This document shows positions 8,033 through 17,202 of a DNA stretch of 64,000 bases, piece by piece. This DNA is from Candidatus Omnitrophota bacterium (GTDB lineage Bacteria > Omnitrophota > Gorgyraeia > Zapsychrales > Fredricksoniimonadaceae), in the NCBI GenBank assembly GCA_028870995.1, contig JAGWOI010000006.1:19514-83513 (forward strand), in the 5' to 3' direction. Within the stretch, counting starts at the first letter, position 1. Each line of letters opens with the position of its first letter. The notes below the pieces were generated by a model. The model had not been told where the DNA came from, did not search any database, and saw only the letters and a program-made list of their open reading frames with translations. A program made the position numbers and the translations under genes.

Positions 8033-9875
8033 GGGTTTGGTCCAGACGATCGTCGATCATCCTGGCGAAGAAGGAAAACAGGTGCTCCCTCACACGGTCT
8101 TTCAAGATAGAGGGGTCCCACTGAAAATTTTCCCGGTAGAGGTTGCCCGAAAGCCTGAATTCGAAGGGCAGGGTCCATGCCCCATGGACGAGGCCGATGA
8201 CCTGCCTGCCGATCGGTGATTCACTCAATAAGTTTTTCGAAAAGCGCAAGGCAAGCCGGCTGGAAACAAAATCATCTTCATCCAGATGGTAGAATCCGTT
8301 TAAATCAAATCCTTCCGTTATAAGACTGATGTCATCGAACAGTTTGGCCCTTCCCTCGATCTTAAAGCGGGTGGAAAGCTCCATGCCGCCGATATGGGAG
8401 AGGGAGGGCATCTGCAGGAGTTTGGCCATCCATTCTTGAAAATCGGACCCTTCAAAATCGCCGTGGTGCAAACTTAAGGCGCCCTCGAGTTCAATCTGCC
8501 TGGAAACTTGAAGATTGAAATATCCTGCTAAAACGCCGCGACCGTGTTTGAAAAAACTGAAGGCGTCCGCCAACCGACTGATATCGAGGTCCTCGAAGCG
8601 GCCATGGCCTTTGATCGCCCAGGGCAGGGAAGAGGTGTCTACAAAAATGCGGCTGTCGGCATGGCCGGATAGTATGTCGGCGGACATGGCGATGGCTTTT
8701 TGATAGGCCCGGGCATAGTTGAAACTGGCCCAAACATGGCGCATCGGGACCATATGGGCCCGTCCTTGAAGGAAAAAGGTGCTTTGCAAGTCCTTGATCT
8801 TTAAACTCAAGAACCGGCCGTTGACGATCAGCAGCTTTAAGCCGTCGAAATCACCGTGGACCGCTTGCAAGGCGGTGGGGGAATTATCAAAAAGAAAATG
8901 AACATCAGAGCTTCCGTTGCTGACGAGGCCCTGGAGGGTGTTTTGGACATGAAGATGCAGTTGGATGTCTTTTAAAGGTGCCAGTTCGTTGATGTTCTGA
9001 ACGGGACGGCGTAAGGCCATAGCGCCATCGCATGAAAAAAGCTCCTCCCTGGAGCAGCTGCCGGCTATATAAACATTGTCTTTATCAAGGTTAAAGGAGA
9101 GGCGTTTGAGGACAATGGATTTGTCCTGCAGCTGGGCGTGGCCGTCGATGTCCAGAATATAATATTTGTCATAGAAGACGTACCCATTCCAGTCGATGTA
9201 ACGGCCATGCCACCGGCCCCAGAGATTGATCAAGGCGGCGTTACGCTTTAAGGTGAATTTGTCCACATCAAAGCCGGAAGGCGCGACATGCCCGTCGATC
9301 TCAAAATAAAAAGTTTTTTTGCCTTCCTTCCATGAGCCGTTGGCCTGCACCCTGTCCGCGACATTTTGCAGCTTCAGGCCCAAGCCGATGGTCCTGCCGT
9401 GGCCGGCAAGGATTTGCCCGTGCAGGACCGTAAGTTTCAGGTTGCCGTGAGGGATTTCTTTGAGCCAGGCCAGGACTTCCTTGCCGTGCCGGGACCAATA
9501 ATTTCTTAATCTGGGAAAATCCAGGATCCCCTTGTCCAGGGACACGGAATTAAGACGGATGGAGGAAGAAAGCAGGGGAAAAGAAAATCCCAGAGTGAGT
9601 TTATCCGCCCGAAGCAGAGGAGTTTGGCTGTCATCTGAAAAGATCTTGAAATCCGAAAGAATGAGATAATTGGGAAAACGGTATTGCGCCTTGGCAAAGG
9701 AAATGTTTGTTTTGGACTGCTGGGCAACTAGATGCGAATAAGAAAGGCTGTAATCAGGGATCCAGCGGTTGACATACAGGGAAAGAATAGCGGCGAAGCA
9801 GGCAATCGTCAGGATGAGAATAAAGACGTATTTCCATTTAGAAAGGGACCTCTGTAAAAAGCCCACCGTTGACAT
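8022..9875 (-). CDS. Large N-terminally membrane-anchored protein; AsmA/TamB-like envelope assembly protein (tentative)
   Basis: It has a single N-terminal TM (YVFILILTIACFAAILSLYV) followed by about 570 aa that look beta-rich and periplasmic. It lies in a cluster with a flippase and a TPR-like secreted protein. The family assignment is my impression only. Confidence 0.35.
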   Translation of the reverse strand: MSTVGFLQRSLSKWKYVFILILTIACFAAILSLYVNRWIPDYSLSYSHLVAQQSKTNISFAKAQYRFPNYLILSDFKIFSDDSQTPLLRADKLTLGFSFPLLSSSIRLNSVSLDKGILDFPRLRNYWSRHGKEVLAWLKEIPHGNLKLTVLHGQILAGHGRTIGLGLKLQNVADRVQANGSWKEGKKTFYFEIDGHVAPSGFDVDKFTLKRNAALINLWGRWHGRYIDWNGYVFYDKYYILDIDGHAQLQDKSIVLKRLSFNLDKDNVYIAGSCSREELFSCDGAMALRRPVQNINELAPLKDIQLHLHVQNTLQGLVSNGSSDVHFLFDNSPTALQAVHGDFDGLKLLIVNGRFLSLKIKDLQSTFFLQGRAHMVPMRHVWASFNYARAYQKAIAMSADILSGHADSRIFVDTSSLPWAIKGHGRFEDLDISRLADAFSFFKHGRGVLAGYFNLQVSRQIELEGALSLHHGDFEGSDFQEWMAKLLQMPSLSHIGGMELSTRFKIEGRAKLFDDISLITEGFDLNGFYHLDEDDFVSSRLALRFSKNLLSESPIGRQVIGLVHGAWTLPFEFRLSGNLYRENFQWDPSILKDRVREHLFSFFARMIDDRLDQTPIP

Positions 9876-10365
9876 ACAGTCCTACCTTGTTGATGTAATA
9901 CACCAGCTTGTACTTGCGTTGAAAAGCGGAAAAATACTTAAAATATTTTCTTTCATTAAAAATGAAGGTGAGTTGGCGAAAAGAGGCCACTTGATGGCGG
10001 TACTTCTTGACCAGATTCGGTTTTTTTTCAATTTGAGCGATTTTGTATAGATAAACCAAAGCGATCAGGGATTCCTGACGCTTGGGATAACGCTTATAGA
10101 AATTCTCAAACTCAGCCGCGGCCATGGAGAAGTTTTTTTGCAGAAAGAAGTATTCCCCCAGCCCGAAGAATGAGGCCGGGGCCCAGCGGGAATCAGGGTA
10201 GAAGTGCGTAATGGAGTGAAAGCCCATGAAGGCAAAGTCATACTCACCCTGTTTGGCAGACGCAACGGCTTCCTGCCATTCCAGACCAGCCTCCGAGGCT
10301 CTCACACAAGGCACTGCCACAACACCCTGCAACAATAATGAAAGAATGATAACGTACAACTTCAT
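9838..10365 (-). CDS. Secreted TPR-like protein (hypothetical)
   Basis: It has a signal peptide (MKLYVIILSLLLQGVVA). It is rich in aromatic and helical-repeat residues, consistent with a TPR/BamD-like fold. It overlaps the downstream gene's start by 38 nt. Confidence 0.3.
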   Translation of the reverse strand: MKLYVIILSLLLQGVVAVPCVRASEAGLEWQEAVASAKQGEYDFAFMGFHSITHFYPDSRWAPASFFGLGEYFFLQKNFSMAAAEFENFYKRYPKRQESLIALVYLYKIAQIEKKPNLVKKYRHQVASFRQLTFIFNERKYFKYFSAFQRKYKLVYYINKVGLYVNGGLFTEVPF

Positions 10366-10380
10366 TAGTTAAAGTATACC

Positions 10381-11673
10381 CTAGGCTTGGGAATAAGGCA
10401 ATTTTTTGACCGCGACATAGGTCAGGATGAAAACGCCGGCTTCAATAACTGTCGTGGCCATGGCCGCCCCCACATAAGAGAAGGCATAAATAAAGATGAC
10501 GATCAAAGGCAGCCCTATGGCGGCCATGGTCAGGTGGATCCTTGAATAAACATTGGTCTTGCCGCAGACGAGGAGAAATTGGACCCGGAAAGCGTTTGAA
10601 GCGATACAAAAAACGGAAATGAGCAGGAATCTCAAGGACAATACCGCTGTCGAAAAGCTGGTGCCGCAGACGAGCTTTATGATCCATGGCGCCAGGATGA
10701 AGACCCAGGGCAAAAAGATCAGGGAAACGAGGACGGTTATCAATTGCACTTGCTCCATGATTTCAAAGGCCTTGGTCTTGCTTCTATGGAATATTTTGCT
10801 AAGGCGCGGGAAAATGGCCTGGGAAAAGGCGTTCAGGGGAAAGGTCTGGACCGCGTTGGCGATCCGTTCGGCCACCGAATAGAATCCCGTCAGGGTGTTG
10901 TTGGTCAAAAGCCCCACGGCGAAAATGCGGGTGGTGGTGTAGGTGTTGATGGCTACAACGGAAATAAAGACGTACCAGCCCGCCTTAAGCTGGCGTTGCA
11001 AATCTTTCAGACGGGGCACCTGGACATGAAGGCCGAACCTGGCAAAAAGGATATATTGGCCCAAAAGGCCGGTGATGATGGCGGAGGCGGACAGGACAGC
11101 CGGCACCAGCAGATAATCCTTCGGATCATGGACGAATAGGAAAATGCCGAAGGCATAGAGGAACTCGCCGATGATATTGAGTTTGGCGGTATATTTCATG
11201 TGTTCCGACCCCTGGAAGAACCAGGACGGAAAAAGGACGCTGCCGATGACAAAACCGAAACTCAGCACGTAAACCATCCAGTCGTGCTGGAATTTGGGGA
11301 TAAAATAAACGATGGCGCCAAGGACCAGAAGGCATACAAGGGCCAAGATCGCTTTGATGGTCATGACCGCGGAGATGACATTTAGCACCCGGTGTTTTTC
11401 CTCGATGCACAGCGAAATTTCCTTGGTGGCGGAAACGCTGAAACCGTAATCTGTGATGATCATGAAATATTGCACAAAGGCCTGCGCGAAGGAGATGAGG
11501 CCGAATTTATCGGCCCCGATGACCCTGAAAAGGTAGGGCACAATGATGATCGGGAAAAAATAGGTGACCACCTGTAAGCCCGAGAGGGAGGTGACGTTAT
11601 GCAGCACCCGGGCCCCTTCCATGGGGTCCACCATTCGGTATGTTTTTTGAATCAGTCTGATGAGGGAGGGCAT
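10381..11673 (-). CDS. Polysaccharide biosynthesis protein / Wzx-type oligosaccharide flippase (MOP superfamily)
   Basis: It is a 430-aa protein with about 12 predicted TM helices in the Wzx/PST-family layout. It is upstream of the other envelope proteins on the minus strand. Confidence 0.65.
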   Translation of the reverse strand: MPSLIRLIQKTYRMVDPMEGARVLHNVTSLSGLQVVTYFFPIIIVPYLFRVIGADKFGLISFAQAFVQYFMIITDYGFSVSATKEISLCIEEKHRVLNVISAVMTIKAILALVCLLVLGAIVYFIPKFQHDWMVYVLSFGFVIGSVLFPSWFFQGSEHMKYTAKLNIIGEFLYAFGIFLFVHDPKDYLLVPAVLSASAIITGLLGQYILFARFGLHVQVPRLKDLQRQLKAGWYVFISVVAINTYTTTRIFAVGLLTNNTLTGFYSVAERIANAVQTFPLNAFSQAIFPRLSKIFHRSKTKAFEIMEQVQLITVLVSLIFLPWVFILAPWIIKLVCGTSFSTAVLSLRFLLISVFCIASNAFRVQFLLVCGKTNVYSRIHLTMAAIGLPLIVIFIYAFSYVGAAMATTVIEAGVFILTYVAVKKLPYSQA

Positions 11674-11797
11674 GGGATTAATTTACTCTATGTTGAACAT
11701 CAAATAAACATTTTTTTGAGAGAATTGTTCCTGACGATGATAGAATAAAACATTTGCATTTCTAGGATCATCACGACAACCTAGGGAAGAGGGAGTA

Positions 11798-13015
11798 TTG
11801 ATTCGATTTCCGGAAAATTTTTATTGGGGTGCCGCCACCTCGTCCTATCAGGTGGAAGGCGGCTGTGCCAACGCCGATTGGCGGGCCTGGGAACCAAAGG
11901 CTGGCAAGCAGCAATCAGGGGCCGCCTGCCGCCATTATGAGTTATATGAACAGGACTTCGATTTGGCCCGAGGCCTCAACCATAACGCCCACCGCCTTTC
12001 CATTGAGTGGAGCCGCGTGGAACCGCGCGAGGGAGAATTTTCCCAGAAAGAACTGCAGCATTATATTGATGTGGTCAAGGCCTTGCGTTCCCGGGGCATG
12101 GAGCCTATGGTGACCCTGCACCATTTTGTCAATCCTGTGTGGTTTAGCGAATCGGGCACATGGGGGAAGCCTTCCTGCGTTAAGCGTTTTGTCCGTTATT
12201 GCGAGGCCGTGGTGGAGGCGCTTAGTCCCCATGTTCGTTTCTGGTTTACCATCAACGAGCCCACCGTTTATTTCTCTCATTCCTTTTTTTGGGGCCTGTG
12301 GCCTCCTCAGGAAAAATCATTTGCCAGGATGAGGGCCGTTCACGATAACATGAACCAGGCGCATATTGAGGCCTACCGCCTGATCCATCAAATTTATAAG
12401 AATGCCAATCTACCCAAGCCGTCCGTCGGCATCGCCCAGCACATGCAGGCGGTGGTTGCCTGTGATCGGAGTTTCAGGAACCGTTTGGCCGCTTGGCTGA
12501 GAGACTATTGGTACAATCTGGAGGTGCTCGATTATTTAGCAAGGCACAAAACCCTTGATTTTATTGGGATTAATTATTATCAACGGCACCTGGTGCATGT
12601 GCGCCGCTGGGATATCGGGGACCTGTTTCAGCAGGTCTGCCAGGACAACCATCACCCGCTGCCGAAAAATTCACTGGGCTGGGGCATTTACCCCGAAGGC
12701 CTGGAGCAGGTGCTGTTGAGCGTCAAAAAATACCATTTGCCGGTGCTCATTTCGGAGAACGGCATCTGCACCGACGACGACAACCAGCGCTGGGAATTTA
12801 TTCAAAGCCATCTTCGCCATGTTCACCAGGCCATGGAGCAGGGTGTGAATGTGATCGGCTACCTTTACTGGTCCCTGCTCGACAACTTCGAATGGACCGA
12901 AGGGTTTACGCCCCGGTTTGGATTAATCGACGTGGATTTCGCCAGCCAGGCAAGGAGGGTCAGGGGTTCCGCCGAAAAGTTTGCCGGCATCTGCCGCACG
13001 GGAGTTTTAGCATAG
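11798..13015 (+). CDS. Glycoside hydrolase family 1 beta-glucosidase (TTG start)
   Basis: It has the GH1 N-terminal signature FYWGAATSSYQVEGG, the acid/base region TLHHF...NEP, and the nucleophile motif ISENG. Confidence 0.85.
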   Translation: MIRFPENFYWGAATSSYQVEGGCANADWRAWEPKAGKQQSGAACRHYELYEQDFDLARGLNHNAHRLSIEWSRVEPREGEFSQKELQHYIDVVKALRSRGMEPMVTLHHFVNPVWFSESGTWGKPSCVKRFVRYCEAVVEALSPHVRFWFTINEPTVYFSHSFFWGLWPPQEKSFARMRAVHDNMNQAHIEAYRLIHQIYKNANLPKPSVGIAQHMQAVVACDRSFRNRLAAWLRDYWYNLEVLDYLARHKTLDFIGINYYQRHLVHVRRWDIGDLFQQVCQDNHHPLPKNSLGWGIYPEGLEQVLLSVKKYHLPVLISENGICTDDDNQRWEFIQSHLRHVHQAMEQGVNVIGYLYWSLLDNFEWTEGFTPRFGLIDVDFASQARRVRGSAEKFAGICRTGVLA

Positions 13016-13106
13016 CTCCATCCCCATTAGTTTCATAAATTTTAGCACCGACGAAAAAAGTTCAGTTCTTCGTTGACACGTCCTTCAAACCTTATAAAGT
13101 AATAGT

Positions 13107-16100
13107 ATGTATTTCAGACGGCTTGAGATTTTTGGATTCAAGTCCTTCGCGCAAAAGACGGTGCTTGAATTCAAACCGGGGATCTCTGCGATCGTCGGTC
13201 CTAACGGCTGCGGCAAGAGCAATGTTTTTGACGCCATCCGTTGGGTCCTGGGTGAGCAAAGCGTCAAGGAACTGCGCGGAGCGTCGATGGAGGATGTCAT
13301 TTTCAACGGCACCGACCAGCGCGCTCCTTTGGGCTTTGCCGAAGTCAGCCTTGCCTTTTCCAATGAATCCCGCATTCTGCCGGTCGACCACGATGAAGTG
13401 GTGGTCACCCGCCGGCTTTTCCGTTCCGGAGAAAGCGAATACCTGCTTAACAAAAACGTCGTTCGTTTAAAAGACGTCGTGGAACTTTTCCTGGGCACCG
13501 GTGTCGGCGCCGAAGCGTATTCCCTGATCCAGCAGGGCAAGGTGGACCTGATGATCTCCGCCAAACCCGATGACCGCCGCCAGATTTTCGATGAAGCCGC
13601 CGGGATCACCAAATATAAGAGCAAGAAGAAAGAAGCTTTAAGCAAGCTTAAAGAAACCGAAGACAACCTGTTGCGGCTCAACGACATTGTTGTTGAGGTT
13701 AAGCGCCAGATCGCCACCATCGAGCGCCAGGCCAAGAAGGCCCAGCGCTATAAGGAAGAATTTGAGATCCTTAAGAATTATGAGTTGATTTTTGCCCGGC
13801 ATCAGATGGGTGCCTTCAACCAGGAAACCGAAGCGCTGGCGGCCGCGGTCAGGGCCCTGCAGGCCAAGGAGCTTGAATTAACCGCCCAACTGGAAGAATT
13901 TAACAACCGGATTGAGAATGAAACGCTCCAATTGGAGGAGATGGACGAGCGCATCAATACCTTTAAGGCCCAGGAAATCCATTTGGAAAATGAAGCGGCC
14001 ATGAATGCCCGCCAGATCGCCTTTAACCAAGAGCGCTGTCTGGGCATGGACGAGGCCAGAGAGCGCCTGCAAAGCGATAAAACTGCGGCCATGGAACGCT
14101 GCGCCGCACACCAGGCCAAGGTCGAGGAGATCAAGGCCGCCATGGCACTTTTGGGCGAAAACCTGGCCGGGTTGCAGAACCTGTTGCAGCAAAAGCGCCA
14201 TGAACTGGGAGTTGCCGCCCATGCCATTGAGGAGGCCAAGGGTTCCATCGCCGGTGTTGAAAAAGAAATTTTGGGGCTGAACGGCCAGCAGGTCCGCTTT
14301 AAGAACCAATTGACGGAGAACATGAAGCGCGTGCTGGAGGCCCTGGCCCGCAAGTCCCGCCTGGAAGAGGAAAATGTCAAGGTCAATCAGGAAAAGACCC
14401 AGATGAATGAGCGCGCCCAGGCCATCAGCAACGATATTATGACCGCTCAGGCCCAGTGGCAGGGATTTTCGGCTGAAAAGACCAGCCGGAGTCAGGCATG
14501 GGATGAGTTGAAAGCAAGCCTTGTCCTACAAGAAAGTCTGATCGATGATTACGAGAAGACCCAGGTCTTCCTGGCTTCCCAGAAAGAATTCATCCAAAAA
14601 ATGCAGGCCCAATACCAGGACAGTCCTGATCCCGTCGTAGAAGGCAAATTCTTGGCCACGGTGCGCCCCAGCGAGAGGCAGACCGGCATCATCGGCAAGA
14701 TCAAGGCCATCAACGTCATTGCGGCCACCGAGCAGTCTCCGGAAACTTATGAAATTATCTATGAAACCAAATATGTGGAGCTTGATTTACAGTATTTGGA
14801 CCAGCGTATCGCCGATATCACCGAAAAATTAGCCCAGGCCGAAATCAGGAAGAACGGGTTGGAAGCGCAGGTCAAGGCCCAGGGTGATGCCGTCGAAGAG
14901 ATCCTTAAGATCATCCAGCAGCAGGAGAAGAAGCTTTCGGTGCTGGAGGCGCAAAAAACTGATATTGAATCCGTTTGCGGAAAATTGGTGGGCGAGCTTG
15001 ACGTGATCGGCGTCGAGTACGCCGAGATGGAAACCTCTTTGATCGCCTTGAAAACCCAGGAAGGCCAATTGAACGCCAGCCTGCAGGGCATCGGCAGCCA
15101 GATTACCCGCTGCCAGGAGGATATCCGGGCCAAGCAGCAGGATATTGCTGCAAAAGACCAGGAACGCCAGCAGTTGAATGTGGCCATTGTCCAGCTGGAT
15201 ACGGAATTGATTGCTTTGGACGATAAGCGCCGCGGGCTCGATGAGAATTTGGCCCTGCATGCCCAAAATCTCGACCGTGATTTGGCGGGCATCAACCGTT
15301 TTGATACCGAAACGCAGGAGATCGACGCTAAAAAGGTCAAGCTGGATGAAGAGAATGTCCTGCTGCAGCAAGCCATCGAAGAATTGCAGCGTAAAAAGGA
15401 ATCATTGAGTGTTGTCCTCAACGAAGAATCGGCCCAAAAGGAAGAGACCTCGCGGCGCCTGAATTCCCTGCGTAATGGCATCCGCGGCCTTGAGGATGAA
15501 GTCATCCAGATCAAGACCGACATGCATAACCAGCAGATGCGCCAGCAGGAAGTGCAGTTCCATCAGCGCTCCCTGAAAGAACGCCTGATGCAGGCGTATA
15601 AGATCGATTGGGATCAGATCCAAGAAACTCCGTCGCTGCTGTCTCCTGATCAGCCTGCGGTGGAAGAGGGAGCTGCTCCCGAAGCGCCGGCGGAAGGGCG
15701 GGAAATTCCGGCCGAGCAACCGCCGCAGCTTAATATCGACGAATTGACCCTGGAAATCGAACGGCTCAAGAAGCGCTGCGAGTCCTATGGTGCCGTGAAC
15801 CTGGTGGCCATCGAAGAGTTCGAGGAATTGAAAGGCCGGCATGAATTTCTGACCAAGCAGCAAAGTGATCTGTTGACCGCACGGGAGCAGTTGATGTCGA
15901 CGATCCAAAAGATCAACCGCACCACCCGCCAAATGTTCACCGAGACCTTTGAAAAGGTCAATGAAGAATTCAAAGGCCACTTCCGCCTGCTGTTCGGCGG
16001 CGGGGAAGCCCAGTTGGTTCTGCTGGATCCCGAAAATCCTCTTGAATCCGGCATAGAGATCGTGGCCAGGCCTCCGGGAAAGAAACCGCAGAGTATCAGT

Positions 16101-16448
16101 CTTTTGTCCGGCGGCGAAAAATCCATGACCGCCATTGCCCTGGTTTTTGCGGTGTTTAAGGTCAGGCCCAGCCCGTTCTGCGTCCTGGACGAAATCGACG
16201 CGGCTCTGGATGAGGCCAACGTGGGTCGCTTTGCCGGTATGTTAAAGGAATTTTGCAAAATTGCGCAATTCATTGTCATTACGCATAATAAAAACACCAT
16301 GAACGCGGCCAACGTCATGTACGGCGTCACCATGCAGGAGCGGGGAGTGTCCCGTATCGTTTCCGTCAAACTGGACGAACATAAGCCCCAACCGCCCCAG
16401 GCTCCGGTGCCGGTTGAGCCTTCCATGGTCAGCCCTGCCTCGGTCTAA
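13107..16448 (+). CDS. smc: Chromosome segregation protein SMC
   Basis: The N-terminal Walker A head is present (FKSFAQKTVLEFKPGISAIVGPNGCGKSNVFDAIRWVLGEQS). Long coiled coils and a hinge follow. The C-terminal head carries the ABC signature (LSGGEKSMTAIALVFAVF...VLDEIDAALD). Confidence 0.9.
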   Translation: MYFRRLEIFGFKSFAQKTVLEFKPGISAIVGPNGCGKSNVFDAIRWVLGEQSVKELRGASMEDVIFNGTDQRAPLGFAEVSLAFSNESRILPVDHDEVVVTRRLFRSGESEYLLNKNVVRLKDVVELFLGTGVGAEAYSLIQQGKVDLMISAKPDDRRQIFDEAAGITKYKSKKKEALSKLKETEDNLLRLNDIVVEVKRQIATIERQAKKAQRYKEEFEILKNYELIFARHQMGAFNQETEALAAAVRALQAKELELTAQLEEFNNRIENETLQLEEMDERINTFKAQEIHLENEAAMNARQIAFNQERCLGMDEARERLQSDKTAAMERCAAHQAKVEEIKAAMALLGENLAGLQNLLQQKRHELGVAAHAIEEAKGSIAGVEKEILGLNGQQVRFKNQLTENMKRVLEALARKSRLEEENVKVNQEKTQMNERAQAISNDIMTAQAQWQGFSAEKTSRSQAWDELKASLVLQESLIDDYEKTQVFLASQKEFIQKMQAQYQDSPDPVVEGKFLATVRPSERQTGIIGKIKAINVIAATEQSPETYEIIYETKYVELDLQYLDQRIADITEKLAQAEIRKNGLEAQVKAQGDAVEEILKIIQQQEKKLSVLEAQKTDIESVCGKLVGELDVIGVEYAEMETSLIALKTQEGQLNASLQGIGSQITRCQEDIRAKQQDIAAKDQERQQLNVAIVQLDTELIALDDKRRGLDENLALHAQNLDRDLAGINRFDTETQEIDAKKVKLDEENVLLQQAIEELQRKKESLSVVLNEESAQKEETSRRLNSLRNGIRGLEDEVIQIKTDMHNQQMRQQEVQFHQRSLKERLMQAYKIDWDQIQETPSLLSPDQPAVEEGAAPEAPAEGREIPAEQPPQLNIDELTLEIERLKKRCESYGAVNLVAIEEFEELKGRHEFLTKQQSDLLTAREQLMSTIQKINRTTRQMFTETFEKVNEEFKGHFRLLFGGGEAQLVLLDPENPLESGIEIVARPPGKKPQSISLLSGGEKSMTAIALVFAVFKVRPSPFCVLDEIDAALDEANVGRFAGMLKEFCKIAQFIVITHNKNTMNAANVMYGVTMQERGVSRIVSVKLDEHKPQPPQAPVPVEPSMVSPASV

Positions 16449-16531
16449 ATAAAGAATTGCCCTATTTTACCAAAAACATAAGCCAAGGATTTCCAATGAC
16501 TTACATTTGGTTTCTTAGGGCAAGCGCTTCC

Positions 16532-16560
16532 TTGACAGCCCATAGGCTGCATGTTATACT
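16532..16560 (+). promoter_or_regulatory. Candidate sigma70 promoter upstream of cvpA
   Basis: TTGACA at 16532-16537 is followed by a 17-nt spacer and TATACT at 16555-16560. About 46 nt remain before the cvpA ATG, and this stretch contains a short hairpin (CCGCCT-ctaa-AGGCGG). Confidence 0.35.
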
Positions 16561-16605
16561 TCCCGAGTGTACCGCCTCTAAAGGCGGGGAGTTTTCAAAA
16601 ATCAT

Positions 16606-17181
16606 ATGTTAACCCATTTAATTAAAAGCATTAATTGGATTGACGTAGTTCTGCTTTTTTTATTTATCAGGATGATTTTTATCGGAGTTAAAAACGGTTT
16701 TCTCTCCGAGTTTTTTAAGTTTTTAGGCGTTGTGACGGCGGTCTTTGTCAGCTTGCATTTTTACAGTTATGTGGCCGCATGGACGGCCCAAAAAACGCAC
16801 CTGTCCTGGGGTTATTGGGATCTGGTCGTTTTTGCCTGTCTTTGGGGCCTCATTACCCTGGCCTTCAAATTCCTCAGGGACGGTATCCTGCTCTTATTTA
16901 AGGTGGAGACCACGCATGAAGGGTTTGATAAGTACGCGGCAGGTGTTGTGGCTGTGGGCAGAGGCCTTTTGGTTTGCAGTTTGACGCTATTTTTGATTTT
17001 ATTGATCCATAACGGTCCTTTGACGCGCATGGCCGTGCGTTCTTACAGTTTTAAAATAACCGGGCACGCGGCCGTGGGCACCTATAGTTTTTTGTATAAT
17101 GGCTTGGTCGACAAATTGTTTCCCGCCGGGCATTACAATGCCGCCGCCGGGAGGGTGTTGCATCCGGAGAGCCGTTCATAA
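16606..17181 (+). CDS. cvpA: CvpA-family membrane protein (colicin V production protein-like)
   Basis: The N-terminus (INWIDVVLLFLFIRMIFIGVKNGFLSEFFKFLG) and a four-TM layout are typical of CvpA. Confidence 0.65.
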   Translation: MLTHLIKSINWIDVVLLFLFIRMIFIGVKNGFLSEFFKFLGVVTAVFVSLHFYSYVAAWTAQKTHLSWGYWDLVVFACLWGLITLAFKFLRDGILLLFKVETTHEGFDKYAAGVVAVGRGLLVCSLTLFLILLIHNGPLTRMAVRSYSFKITGHAAVGTYSFLYNGLVDKLFPAGHYNAAAGRVLHPESRS

Positions 17182-17202
17182 AGGCAGGCGGTAAGCAGGA
17201 TT

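Noticed and set aside
13085-13735. 216-aa minus-strand ORF (with further long antisense ORFs at 13802-14386, 14759-15523, 15402-15980 and 15785-16426) overlapping smc
   Set aside because: They lie entirely antisense to a strongly supported SMC gene. Their translations are low-complexity (Ser/Leu/Arg-rich), as expected from the antisense of coiled-coil (Glu/Lys/Leu/Ala) coding sequence. No RBS or conserved motif was seen.
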